Source of the DNA: Azolla caroliniana
Taxonomy: Eukaryota > Plantae > Polypodiophyta
Direction: 5' to 3'
Length of the DNA: 64,000 nucleotides
NCBI GenBank assembly: GCA_043228905.1
Contig: JBHGNT010000001.1
Location: 36,022,001-36,086,000 of the forward strand
Part shown: positions 38,720-56,051 of the stretch, in pieces
How positions within the stretch are numbered: the first letter of the stretch is position 1
Layout: every line of letters begins with the position of its first letter
The notes under the pieces: model-generated
Database searches by the model: none
Told to the model about the DNA's origin: nothing
What the model saw: the letters and a program-made list of their open reading frames with translations, nothing else
Made by a program: the position numbers and the translations under genes

Positions 38720-40063
38720 GTCGAGAGTCGAGACCTGGTACTAAGTACAGGATACGGTTTTCCTCCTTAAGTTTGTGAATAATAATGAATGTTTTTGAAG
38801 TGTGGAGGATGTGATGAGACTGACTCCTAAACGTTTCTCGAGACTCTGGCATCGTTGTGATAAGATTTTCCCATGTCGCTATCATATGTTTATAACTTAT
38901 ATGCATGTATGTACATATTTGAATTTTATGATATCTTTACGGATCGTGTATGTAAATCTATAAGTGTTCGTTTTGGGGGATATATAATGTCAATGCTTTC
39001 ATATTCATGCTTTATTGCGCAATGTCTCATCGTGTAAATTGTCTTCTCTCTGAGAATACTTGACTACCAAAGAGAGAGCTAAATTTTCATTTACTAGAAA
39101 TTTCACATTTTTTTATGTTGCATCAGTGGTTGAGCATGTTAGCTTACTTATGTGGAATTCTTGTATAATGGTTGGTTGAAACATAGACATGTTCTGCATG
39201 AGCACCCCTTGATCTTGGTTGTTTGTCGTGGCAATAAGATTGTTAAAGTATGTGAACGTTCTTAGTGATTGTGCAAATCAAAATTTATTTTAGCATTTGG
39301 ACATAATATGGGATGACAATAAGGTTCATTTGCTTTAGATTGCGCCTCCTTTGGACGTGGTCACAAACTTCATGGGTATATTTCTCCCTTGTTTTAGGAG
39401 GTTTTCATATTCTAAAACACCATAGAGGAAGGTATGATTATCTTTTATATAGTAGAGTGTCTTATCATGTCACTACGTCCAAGACATGATGGCATAAGAG
39501 GAGTAATCCTTTGCCTATATCCATATATAATAACCTATATGATGGGCTCTAATTGAATTACAAAGAGAACAACTTCATAGATGTTCAAGTGATAATGTAC
39601 AAAACAATAAATTTACAGGAGTGGTAAAAAGGCTATCATTATGATCCACCATATACCAAAAGGTTATCATTATGATCCACCATATAAAGATCGTTACCTA
39701 TATTGGAAAAGAGGAATGCCTAGATGGGCGTCTCTTCTTATTGGGATCGAGTCATATAAGGAGGTTTACGAAATCCATTATTGCCGGCCCAAACAACTCG
39801 ACGTAGGCTATTAAAGACTTGTTTTTAGTGGTACTACTAAAACACTAGAGCCTTACTAACGGAGTATCGAGGCCTCATGAAAAATCATATATACAGAGAG
39901 AGAGAGATTAGTTGGTTCTGTCTTTCGTTCTTTTCCGTGTCTCTGTTTTCAGGTCCTGCATACTCTCGACTCGTCTATACAGAGCTTTTACATACGCAGA
40001 CATTTTTTTGGGTGTCAGCTACAGCAGAAGAAGAAGTAGGAACGGTCGCGTTTCCAGGTCGTA

Positions 40064-43480
<3,417 letters not shown>

Positions 43481-44053
43481 TTAGAGTGTGAAGTAATCAT
43501 CCCGATGCAAATGGGATAGATGGAAGGTAATACAGCAAAGTCTATTAGAGAAAGGAAAGCTATTCTTTTGTACAGAATTATATAACGAAGGATAGCTGCT
43601 GCATTGTCAGTGTGTTGTCCCTTCCATGGTGGTGGGTTCTCTTTCTTGTCTCTCCAACTCAACCATTCCCAATGGACATAGATTTTTTTATGTGATTATT
43701 CAGCCATGGTCCAAAAAGTAAAATCTTTTGGTGACATCACAAAAACAAAACTCCAAAAAAAGTAACCTAATTTGGATTTGTGTAACAAAACAAAGTGTAA
43801 AAATATACAGTTGTGTGAGTTATCAAACCGATCAAAGTCTTCGTTGTAATGTTAGAGGTATCACATGAAATGTGTTTCCAATCCACAAGGACATAGAAAA
43901 GTCCATAAGCCCATCTAAATGGGGTGTTTTATTTCAACACTAAGAGATGAATATGACATTGGTCCAAGCTTGATATGGGCTCCCACAAGGCTATTAGATG
44001 TGACAAATACATGTTAATTTTTATGTTAACATGTCAATGCAACATATAGATTG

Positions 44054-44098
<45 letters not shown>

Positions 44099-44100
<2 letters not shown>

Positions 44101-45242
44101 CAAATAATCAAGAATCTTGTAATTCATTACAAAATGAATTGCTTGTTTTTCTCGAGTGTTATTTTGGCATGGGAAAGAGAAGTTGAGATCTCAATTCAAT
44201 CGTTGTGGTTGATAATGGATCTCAAAGGTTGTCAGAATTTGAAGATGCCAAGCAATGGTTATGTATTCCCCCAAATTATGGATTTATTTGGGAGAAATTA
44301 CAAGATATACCATTGTTGCAAGGATCTTTGCCATTGAAAACAAATGTTGCACCTTGGGTAGATTGGTGATTCCAATATGATACGTGCTTGTTACAGGTCA
44401 TTACAAATATATTGTATTATCATGCAATGGCATCATTGTCTTGTCTTGGTTATGTATTCCCCCAAATTATGGATTTATTTGGGAGAAATTACAAGATATA
44501 CCATTGTTGCAAGGATCTTTGCCATTGAAAACAAATGTTGCACCTTGGGTGGATTGGTGATTCCAATATGATACGTGCTTGTTACAGGTCATTACAAATA
44601 TATTGTATTATCATGCAATGGCATCATTGTCTTGGCTATCTCCTAAAGTAGAGAAGTTGTGGAATGTATGTAAGTTGGATGTAAGGTGATGGAAAATATT
44701 ACAATGTGGTTGACATTCTCATCTACCATTTCATGCAAAGGTATTCGTATGGACAGTCATGATTGGTGGGCTCCCATTAGGTTCATCCTTAAGGAGATGA
44801 GGACTACGGTCTGACACTTGTTTCCTTTGCATCGTTCCATTGGAGGATAGTACACATAGGTTCATTAAATGCCCTATAACGTGTACCAATTGGAAGTACT
44901 TATTGGACATTTGGCAAGTTTTAACCCGTTGTTATTTGAGACCTCAACAATGGGTTTTTTCTCAATATGTTCAAAATGGTTCAAATAATGGGATGGAGAT
45001 TATTGTTCCAATTTTTATGTTATTGGGAACTACAACACAACTGGAATATGCTAATGTTTTCATGTTTGATAATAACACATGGGGTGGGGTGAAAGCTTAT
45101 ATAAAGGAGCTTAAAGGTATACTCATGTGGAAGTTTTGGATGTTAAAGAATGTGAGGATCATTTCCTCAAATGCATATTCAATGGCATTACAAGACGTCC
45201 CTCTCCCTACATAGGCATATGATAGGTAGAGGAGACTAAAGT

Positions 45243-45246
<4 letters not shown>
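44099..45246 (+). mobile_element. 5'-truncated L1/Tx1-type LINE remnant (zf-RVT region) bracketed by (GA)n tracts; contains a near-perfect ~190-bp tandem duplication (44257-44632)
   Basis: KVFVWTVMIGGLP, then C..LEDSTHRFIKCPITCTNW (zf-RVT pattern); homologous to 60028-60600; (GA)n at 44056-44098 and 45248-45296. Confidence 0.7.
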
Positions 45247-45298
<52 letters not shown>

Positions 45299-46270
45299 CC
45301 TTATTGTTCTTGGATATCAAATATTGTGAATGAGACATTGGAGTATTCTATGTTGTATGAGGAATTGATCAATGACTCAATAAATATTCAAGGATTTTTT
45401 ACAAATGAACAATCTATTCAAGACTATGGTTGAAATATTGAGGAAAACAAACATGAAATTTTTCATTGAGAACAAAGCAACACAATTGAGTCTTGTCCTT
45501 GGACTACGTATTTCCTTTGGTGCAAAGCTGTTGTAATACTCGAGTTTTTTTGTTGGAACTTAGTATGAATGTTATACTCAAATGACAAACTTCTTTGGTG
45601 CAAAACACGTATAGTCAAGGAGTTTCCTCAATGGAGCCCCAAACCCTTTCCATACTCGTGATCTAAATTAGAAGTGACTCAGCATTTGTATTTTGGCTTG
45701 ATGAAATTTTATAAGGAAATGTTTACAATAGAACCAATTCACAATGGTAACCTCTGCAATATTTTTTTGTTGCACGAAAGCAAAACCTAATTTCTCCATA
45801 TTCATCAATGCATCAAGCCAAAGATACTTGCACAATTGATCATTTGCCTACGGAGCATTTGAAACTCCATCTACTCACCAACTTTTGATATATGTGAGAA
45901 ACATGCCAATATTTTTTTCTTGGAGCTAGGAGGTCTCCCATACCTCTCAGAAAGGGCAAACGTCAAGCATATCAAAGTAGACTCAAAAAGCTTTGAGAAA
46001 ACACTACAAGAACCATACGATACATTAACTAGAAAAAGATCTTGGATCATTCAATATGAAGCAATGTCTGGTCAAATGAAATGAATCCACAAGGTTAGAG
46101 TATGATAACAAAATAGTAGGGTGATGGAATGTTACGTCGGCAAATTCTTCATATCAGCACTGACATGGAAACATGCACAAAAGAACCATTTACATAATCA
46201 TGTACTTCAACATAATCCTCCTTCAGAAAATGATCAGGGTTAAGATCTCCAATTGAATACAGTTGAATCT

Positions 46271-47304
46271 TCACTCCAGATCCGCGATTCCAAGGTTTGA
46301 GACAATGATCTTTAGCTGATCTACAAAATCAGACCCCGTCGCATACTCTGTAAGTAAACCTACAGCAATTCCAAACATTGCCCATCTGGAAAACAAAATA
46401 GAAGAACACCCAGAATATGAATCTTATCTCTTGAATGGTTTTAAGTCTGTATACGGCTCACCACCTTGATATGTAATCTACCATCTGTATTTGATGTCCT
46501 ACAACTGATTCTACTAGGTGCATTTAACTCATAACGCTGTAAAAAACAACCAAATTTACCATACTCCATACATCTGATTCCCTCACTAAAGTGAATTTAA
46601 GGATATATTCAGCTTGTTGAGACCCTAAGGAGAAAACTGAACTGTGTAATTCAATCAAAGCTATACATATAATCCGGAGAAAACTGAGCTCTGTAATTCA
46701 ATCAAAGCTATACATATAATCCGGAGAAAACTGAGCTCTGTAATTCAATCGAAGCTATACATATAACCCCACAGGAGATTACGATAACCATATAAGATCT
46801 ACCAAATGCTTGTACATCTGTGACAGCTGATGTCACCAATTTACATTTGGGAAAAAACAATGAGAACGTCCACATATTAATTCATGGCATGTAGATGGCC
46901 CATTTTCTATGCAAAGAAGTAGCAAACGAAACCGAGCATAATTAAATGTACACATACCTGCCATTGTTGATCTCATTCTTAGCATTCCATCCGAAGATGC
47001 GTCCCTCAGCAGACTGTTGTTCATACTTAAGGTCGAGAAAGTACTCCTTAAGCTCCTTCGCACGCTGTCTTTGATACTCAACCGTGACTGGAGAGGAGGA
47101 GGAGGATGAAGAAGGAACTCGAGAAGGAGGGGTCGGAACAGAGGGCGTAGGAGATGGAGATGGCGATGGAGATGGCGATGGAGATGATAAAGTTTCTTTG
47201 ATGGTTGGCACAGAAGGTCTGCGGATGGGACCTTCTGAATTGGAGCTTCGTATGGAAAGTACCGTTGAGAAAGATCGATGAAGGGTAGGACTGATTAACG
47301 CCAT
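46271..47304 (-). CDS. OHP2: One-helix protein 2 (LHC-like/HLIP family, PSII assembly); exons 47304-46958 and 46385-46271
   Basis: Transit peptide and Pro/Ser linker, then VTVEYQRQRAKELKEYF...FGWNAKNEINNGR|WAMFGIAVGLLTEYATGSDFVDQLKIIVSNLGIADLE*. Confidence 0.95.
46629..46768. repeat. 47-bp tandem repeat, 3 copies, in the OHP2 intron
   Basis: ggagaaaactga.ct.tgtaattcaatc.aagctatacatataa.cc occurs three times. Confidence 0.9.
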
Positions 47305-48491
47305 GGCTACATGTATGTTACATGTATGTTGCGATTTTGGCTCTGGCTCTGGCTATGGCTATGGCTATGGATCCTGCTTCCTCTTGCCTCGATCTGGTCC
47401 CAATCTCTCTTAAAGCTAAGGCTTAGGTGGCTTTCACATGCATGGCCCCAACACAGCCGGGATACCCGACCACCTCGTTCCCACATTTGATTCGATGTAA
47501 ACGCGACCGACAATGTAGTTGTTTACGAGTTCACGAGTGCTAAGCGTGTATGTTCTCATGGGAGTCTTCAACCAAACTATGATCCCCACTCTTCACATAT
47601 TGGATAATTGGTCTCTCCGACTCAAACTTCGATGTGAGAGACAAAGAACTCTTAAAGGAGATAGTGAGCTCGGTAAAGAAATTTCGAAGGACCCAACTCT
47701 ATCCCTTTGGAAATGACAATATGCCTTTGTGTGCCACCCTCATGAGTTCTTTGGGCATGTAGTTTTCTTAAAGTAAGGAAATATGGCTTCACATTTGAAC
47801 ATAAACCACATTCAAAGGATATAACCAATCCTTTTAACCTCATTCATTACCCATGACCAAAGTAGCCATCTTAACCTCGTACAATTTGGCGAGGCCACAA
47901 AAAACACATATTTTGACAAACTTTAAAAGCAATATGTTAGCGCTCACAAATATGTAGGCCAACAAGTAGGTTGCCATTTGCCAATCAAGTAACAATGGCT
48001 CTGCTTCCTACACATGCAATTAATATATAAGGCATGAAGTGTTAAAATGACTATATCTTACGAATGCATTGAATGTGTCATCCCAAATATTGGGTAACTA
48101 TAATAGTAGGAGCGGTTGTGCATGTCTTGCTTGTGTGAGTATTGGGCAATGGTGATCTTGGGCGAGCAACCCTAGTTGTGTGTGGAGTAATTGTAATCTT
48201 GTGGGTGGGGTGTGGAGGTCTTGTTGGTGTGTTTTGGGGCCACAATACTGTTGTGAGCTAGTGTGAACGGGACTCATCGGTGAGCCATCCAAACCATGCG
48301 TAATGTAGTGTAATCTAGAAGGTGTGCATGTCTTGGTTGTACCACTAGGTGGCGGTCATGTGAGTGGAAATCCGATAGAGATCCAATGGTTAGGTTCCTT
48401 CTACAAATTTTGAACCAAAACAAGTAGAGGAAGATCATTAGGTTGCTTTTTTAGCGAGAAGATTTGGTTGTGGCCTGTGCCACGTGATGTG

Positions 48492-51400
48492 ATGGCTGAG
48501 GAGTCCATAACGCATGGATGGATTGGAACCCACAAGGAGCTCTATCAATTAGCTACTCGCCACCCCTTTCTTCTCAGCATCCGTGATGGATCCCTAGACC
48601 TCCAGTGCTTCAAAACTTGGCTGGTTAGTCTTTCTTATTTGCTCCTTTTTGTTCTGTTCCTGACGAGTTTTGTTTACACGCACATCTGTTTGTGTCTAAT
48701 GCAATATTGAGAGAGGGAGAAAGATGTGTTAATGTCTTCTAGAGGCCGAAATCAGGCCAAGGAGGAAATCATGATTACAAATACAGTTGAATTCAAGGTA
48801 TGATGATGATCTCAATGCATGCCCTCTAATGTTTCTCGAGATGGTTTGCAAAATACATATGGGGTGGGTAGTCGTGACAGGAACAGGGTACCCTAGGTGG
48901 ATCAGGGCCTTGTATTCTGGTACTCATTGGTCCCCATTTCCATTGACATTCCTTTGCTCACTCAATGATGACTTGGCATGTTATTAATGGAGGTGTTTGG
49001 GTCCATGTGAGACGTCGGTGGCATCCTGCATGGTAATATAATATAAGGATTGAACTTCTATGTTTTTGTGCGCGAGCCGGCTTTAGCCAAAATGTTATGG
49101 TCAGCCTTCTCCATCATTCGTTGAACGATGGTGAAGTCTGGAAAGAGATTTAACATACTTCTCTTTAATATACTTGTGGGCACTTGCACACAAATCATCC
49201 CTTGCAGCTGACCTCTCTACATAACTTGCAAAGTCTTCCGTTTCTAGGTGTGCAAAGTGCTTGTCCCATTTTGGTGTTCAGTTTATAGGAGGAAACTATG
49301 TGCCTGTAGGTGTCCATATACCTTGGTCTATTTATGAATCTATCTTGTGAAAAGCTCATGACATGATATTTCTAATAGGCTATACTTATGGGAACAGGCT
49401 CTTCCCCCAGTCTTTTGGGTATAAATATATATGCAGATGTATGTATGTATGTGTATGTATATAGATAGATAGATGGATAGGTCTTGCCACAATACGTTGT
49501 TCTGTTCATCATTTTGGAGAGTTGCACTTGGAAGGGTGGCAAGTTCTCAACGTGGAGGCCAATTGTGCCTCCAACTGTCATTGAACCACTTGATCACTTG
49601 TGAGTACCATGATCCTTCTCCTTGTTCTGTTGACATCATTTCGTTCAATGTGTCAAATGCCTTGCATGTAATTCTTTGAGGTGGCATGGCTTGGATGAAA
49701 TGCGTGTACCATCATGGGAGGTGCAGTTGCCTCAGCTCGGCGGATCTTGTATTGATGTAGAATTGTGACCATCATGATGAGTGGACACCCTATTTTTCCA
49801 TACGTGGTTCAGAGGGCCCATATGGTACAACCATATGGGCTCTTGGCCTCCCCAACCACACATGGACAAATAGAGTATCCATTGGTCATGATGCATAGCG
49901 TTGGTATGAGATTCTTGGAAATATGCATAGTTGAATTGTCATTCTAACATGTCCCAAGGTGCATAGCGTTGAGTGAATCGATCCTTAGTGGCTTGGGTCA
50001 TGAGAAGTGCCCTGTCATGCTTGTAAATGTGACATGTCCTGTGAATAGACATAGGAATCCACTGCTTCAACTTGTGCTCCTAATAGAGTGAAGAGAAGTT
50101 GTCATGAATCAGCATGGGTGTGTGAAGATCATGGCCTTGATGGTCTATTGTCAGGCATCAAAGACCATCTAGCACATTAAGATGACACTGTAGACCTGTA
50201 TGTCATTCAAGGACTAAGATTATGTTATAGATGTAAAGAAGAATGTGGATGGATGTACCTGATATGGGATCCCCTCACCATCTCCATGTGTGATGGCCTA
50301 GTTTCACACCGATGGTTCTAGTGATGGCCTCCAATAGCCCCAACACTTTCTCATATATTGGCTTATATAGCACACATAATATCAGAGGTAATTTTGATTG
50401 CATGAAGCCTTTGTTGGAGATGTGCCCCTGGTATAATATTGAAGGCCTTGTGGAAATCTACATAGTATCCATAGAATCTCTTCATTTGTGCCTTTCCTCG
50501 GTCCAGCAAGCAGTTTTGGATCTTCACGATGGATTTTGGAAATGGCTATGATATGTGATACAATTATGATATGCTGCACAGATGGTTGTATCTCTGTTGG
50601 TAAGGTTGTCTGGCAGAGACTAGAAAGTCATCAATTCAAACGCCACATTTAAGTTGTTGCATCTAGTAAAGTAGTGGATATAGTGGAAATTTGAACTTTT
50701 GTCAGGCTAGTAAAAAATGTGGCTCACCACTATGTTAGAGGCCTAATATGGAAGGAAAATAAAAGGAGAGCATTTTTGTGGTTGCAGGGTCAAGACTATT
50801 TTTTTGTAAGAGCATTTGTTAGATTTATAGCAAGTATCCTTGTGAAAGTGCCAAAAGATGCAGAGGAAGCTGACATTGATATTATACTTGGAGGGTTATG
50901 TTCCCTAGAGGAAGAGATTTCGTGGTTTCGGGGCGAGGCATCCACATGGAACCTTCAGTTTGATCAGATTCCTCTTCAGGTTGCAAACATTAATTATTGC
51001 AGGTAATAATTTTCATGCTATACGCTCTCCTCTCAAGATAGATAATTTAACCATGCTCAGAGACATATCAATAGATATAGAATCCCCATTTGAAACATTA
51101 GCCTTTTTCAGCCAACAATGTGGAAATGTAGGATGAAGTTGTGATGCTACGAGGATGGATGGATGATTGTGTTTATGTTAATATGTACTTCACCGGTTCA
51201 TTCAATGGTGTTTGTTTGCTTGTTAATTTTGTCCTTCATAGTATCTTGAAGAAAAATGCAGGTTTATCGATAAGTTTTTCCTAAAGTAGCAGACCCTTGC
51301 ATCTCCTTCCTCGGCTTCATTTCTTACATGGAGAAATTGAATTATCCAAAAGAATTCTGGTGGGTTACATTTGTAATTTTACAGGGCATTAATATTCATT

Positions 51401-52226
51401 AGAAACTGAACTTCATAATAAATCATTGCATATATCATTATGTGTTTTTCCTGAATTTGGTGTTCCAGCTATCTGTTCTTATGATGGCTCATATTGCTTA
51501 TGTGATTTCATTCCACTATTTATTAGTTCTCATGCACTTCCTATTAAAGTAAACCAGAAGTTGATGAGCATTCTAAGGTATAAGGGGTATACATAGCTGG
51601 AGATATATTGATTCTATTATCATCCTTGGAAATCAAATATGACCAATGGGACCAAAGATGAAACGTTTTCATGTTGTTGTGTTGTGTAGTTTAGTGACTC
51701 TTGATGTTTGAGAGAGGGAAAGAGACAATCAGGCCATATTTGAGAAGGCTGTATCAGTAGTTTGGAGGCCATTTCTAGGAGAAATCATATGTGGTATATA
51801 ACAAGACGTGTGAAAGCCAGGATTTGAACCCTGGAACTTGTGCTAATAACTGATAACTTACCATCAGGGTAAGTTGATGATAGATTGATTTATATTTATT
51901 ACAGATACCTTGAGGAGCTCTCCGAACCTCATACAGATTTTGCTATTGCTCTAGCAGCACTGTGGGCAATTGAAGTGGTATATAATGATAGCTTTGCATA
52001 TTGTTTGGAACCTGGTTCAAGGACACCACCAGAACTTGAAACTGCATGCAAGCGATGGGGAAGTTTGGATTTTAAAAGGTATTGCCAATCGTTGCAAAGG
52101 CTCACCGATAAGTATCTTCTGAAGTGTCCGACACATGTTCAAGAACAAGCAGCAGGAGTATTCATTGAAATCTTATCATTCGAGATTGGTTTTTGGAACA
52201 TGAGTGTGGGGTTGTCTATTTCCTAA
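48492..52226 (+). CDS. TENA_E: TenA_E (TENA/THI-4/PQQC family) aminopyrimidine hydrolase, thiamine salvage; exons 48492-48623, 50788-51002, 51905-52226
   Basis: ATRHPFLLSIRDG..D...FKTWL|GQDYFFVRAF...EEISWF...NYCR|YLEEL...WAIEVVY...RWGS.DF...EIGFWNM; Glu rather than Cys at the TenA_C catalytic position. Confidence 0.9.
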
Positions 52227-53102
52227 TGTCACAAGAAATGTAAAAAACCATGTAGAGGTTTTGTTGAGCAAGATGATTGAATCCTGCAAGATCATCTCAG
52301 AAATTATAGTCAGTGGTGGAATCTGAACCCAGACCTATGGATTAATGCACGCATTGCCTATACATTGCCTATACCAGGTTCTAACCCTGCACACAGTAAC
52401 AATTAAGACAGATTTTCCATTAGCACTAATCTATGTATGTTTCAGAATGTATTGCCTGATTTTCCATTAGCACCAATGTGGTTATATTTCAGAATGTTGT
52501 TTGCGCTGGTAAACGTGACTTGTACTTTCACTAGTAGTGTTACAACGTTGCTTATAGATTGTGGCGTATTCATGGATGGTGTCATGTATCTATATGTATA
52601 TGAGACATTGTCCCAACACTTCTATATATGCATTGATCAGTAAACGGTGGATATCATCACAAAACAAGGGCGGTGATGTGAACAAGATTGAACAATTCTC
52701 AATGGCAGTTGGCTTGCGTCCCCTTGAGCCATAAGCTTGAGGGGGGGCATAAGAGGTGCTAGAAAGCGTGTGGAGGAAATCCAAGCTTGTTGTACAAATG
52801 ACTAAATGGGACACATTGAGAAATCTCAACCGCACACCTATTGTGTGAGCACACTCTTTGGAAGATGCGTGGATTAAAGTCCGCCGTTTACTCTTATGAA
52901 TGGGATATGCCTTTGCATTGAATAAAAGTGGATACCTTCGATATGCCACACAGGGTTGTACATGGATGGATACACTTGCCCTTTGTATATATTGATCATT
53001 ATGGGTTTTCAACTTCAAGTGCTTTTTATTTTGTGTTTCATATGAAATGTGTTCTTTATTTTTCTAATTCTTATAGAAGAAAAAGCTGCCATGTAGACTA
53101 GA

Positions 53103-53815
53103 GGCCAAAGATAATGCTACACAAAAATGAAGCACCATAAGAAGTTTTATTCAATTGAAAAGCCTATGTAGAGGATTAAGATTTTCGGCCAAAGATAATG
53201 CTATACAAAAACGAAGCACCATATGAAATTTTATTCAATTAAAAACCCTATGTAGAGGATTAAGATCTTCGTCATCGTTTTCGAATGATCTAATTACAAT
53301 TAGTAGATATTGGAATTAGGAATATATTCTAGCTATATCCTTTTTATAATTAACTTACCTGAGTGGCAGATTAGTTGCATGAGAGAGAATGATCAGTGCA
53401 AATTTAACAGAACATGAGAGAGAATGATTGATTAATTATATGTGCATTATTAACTAGATTATATTTGCATGTAATAAAAAAACAAAAAAACATTTTGCTT
53501 TCTCTCCTCTCTCTCTCTCCAAATTTAATTATGCTTAAAAATAATTAAAGAAAGCAAAAAAGCACCCCACATCTAATTATTCATAAATGATCAGATTAGT
53601 TGCATGAGAGAGAATGATCAGTGCAAATTTAACAGAACATGAGAGAGAATGATTGATTAATTATATGTGCATTATTAACTAGATTATATTTGCATGTAAT
53701 AAAAAAACAAAAAAACATTTTGCTTTCTCTCCTCTCTCTCTCTCCAAATTTAATTATGCTTAAAAATAATTAAAGAAAGCAAAAAAGCACCCCACATCTA
53801 ATTATTCATAAATGA
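53103..53815. repeat. Two tandem duplications: about 84 bp x2 (53103-53270) and a near-identical ~225 bp x2 (53367-53815)
   Basis: ggccaaagataatgcta.acaaaaa.gaagcaccata twice; cagattagttgcatgagagagaatgatcag...ccccacatctaattattcataaatgat twice. Confidence 0.92.
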
Positions 53816-54210
53816 TTATGCACATAAATAAATTGATGCAATTCCGTTTCCCAAATTCCAAGAATGTAACCTTTTTTTGTAATACTTTGTAAATAAGAAA
53901 ATCATTGAAATAGATTTGGCTGTCAAGGGTTAGACTTGGAGTTGGGAGCCCACATGCCTACTTCTCTTGTTGATGCTTAACTTGGATATTATACTTTGAA
54001 GTGCATGTAGTGAATAAGGATGACATCTTATCTAGTGTAAAAAAGAGAGAATGATCATCAATTTAAAACCATGATCCCACTCACTTTCCCATTGCCAATA
54101 GATTGTTCCTAAGTTTTGTATGCATTTCAATAGTCTATATAAAGTGTACACATCTTTATTATAATCTTCCTCATGTTGCCTAATATAGTTTATGCTTGTT
54201 CTTGCATAAA

Positions 54211-54266
<56 letters not shown>

Positions 54267-55775
54267 GATACATACATACACAACACAACACAACATAGTA
54301 TACCTCATTTAATCTATTTTACATTCTTGATCCTCCAAAAAATTATATTATCTAGCTCTTAACAACAGAAGTATATTTCTAACTACAACAAATATCAATA
54401 TCCTAATTTTCTTATCGGCATTGACTTTTTAAAGGGAAAATGGACAAAAATGGTCATCATCGCCCTTGAAAATGGAGTGCACCTTGCTATTGTTAATTCT
54501 TTGTGATGGGATGTGAAAGTGTGTTCATTGAGTATCATTGTTAAAGTCACCTCTCTCGCTAGATGGGACCCCAATCCTTGTGGAACTTAATGTTGGTTCC
54601 CTTTTTTTGCATTTTGCAATACATTCAGAAATGTGAAGCATCTTAATTATTCACGTAAATATATTAAAATGGGTTTTGTTTATGAGCAAAGGAAATATAA
54701 ACAAAAGAACCTTTGAGAGTCCAAACACACAATGCAACATTTATGGATTCCTTCATAGCAACCCTTAAGAAATTGAGTAAATTCTTTGTATTGCATAGTC
54801 AACTTTGCAGAAGCCAAATAAGCCTCGAAAATTGTGAACTTGTGTTTTCATCAAATATAGAAATGGGGATTAATGTTAAGGTTGGAATAACGTTGCAATA
54901 GTAGAAGATGATGGAAAAATGTGTGTGCCCATCCACATTTATGGGATGGGAATGCAAAATTTTCTTATTTACTCTCACTTGCACTTTCGTTTAGTTACCA
55001 ATGATAAAAAAAATACATTGTATTATTTTCATTGGCTTTTTTAATCATACAAGACGAGAAAGAAAGTATAAAAAGTTATATAGAGGAGGGGCTTCAAGTT
55101 TTGATGTTGTGGTATGCAAAAGATACTTTTCCACCCATAAAAAGATAGCAAATGATCAAAATCCTGTAAATGTAGTTTGAAAGCGACCTAAGAACCACAA
55201 CGGGATCCACAACAAATTATATTGTCGAGTTTTTTGTAGTTTTGCTAGAGCCTTGTTATAATTGAGCGAAGGTCATTATTTGAAGCTAAGGGATAATAAT
55301 TGGCTCTAGCGATGTATGCAAAGGACCTCCTATTGAAAGAGTATCATCCAAAGATCACGATGGATGGCATTGTAACATCAATGACCACTCAATTGATATC
55401 CATTCTCTAAACGGCTACAGTGGAATTCGAAAGGCCTCAAAGAAAGAAGGAGGAAAAAAAAACGGAGGGTTCGGAACGGGAGGTGTAAGAACGTGAATGA
55501 ATTGAAATTTGGGCGTTGTTCCATTCTTGTGTGTGAAAGCACATCGTCACACAAGAGAACGACACTAGTACTACTATTATCACGACATACTACTACACCA
55601 CTATGTGTTGTTGGAGCTCCGTTTTCTCGACGGATTATTCATCCGAGGCGACCGGGCTGACCGAATAACTAGTGTTTTTGCGTGAGTCATTTGGTTGGGT
55701 TGGGTTGTCTTGAATGGGCAAAAAATAGAGAGAAGACAAAGGGAATTATCGTGGGTCATTTATATACATAAACAA

Positions 55776-55820
<45 letters not shown>

Positions 55821-56008
55821 CGTTTCATTGTCATCTTCATCTTCCTCTTCATTATCTGCCGCTGCCGCTGCGCCTTCTTCCTGCATCATCCCCAGGTTCG
55901 TTGCATCCGGTCCGGTCGCTGAACCGATTTCTTGCCGCCACGTCTGCTAATCCTCTCTCTGTCCGTGAATGTTCCTCACAAGCTTTCCATTAGACCACCG
56001 CCTCCTGG

Positions 56009-56051
<43 letters not shown>

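Noticed and set aside
48990-50600. Possible decayed retroelement in TenA_E intron 1
   Set aside because: Composition suggests a TE, but I could not read a diagnostic motif; it needs a repeat-library search.
52310-52395. Possible TPP riboswitch in the TenA_E 3' region (gaacccagacct...taatgc)
   Set aside because: The CUGAGA motif and the P2-P5 pairing could not be found. gtggaatctgaaccc looks more like a reversed tRNA B-box (SINE relic), as does ggatttgaaccc near 51820.
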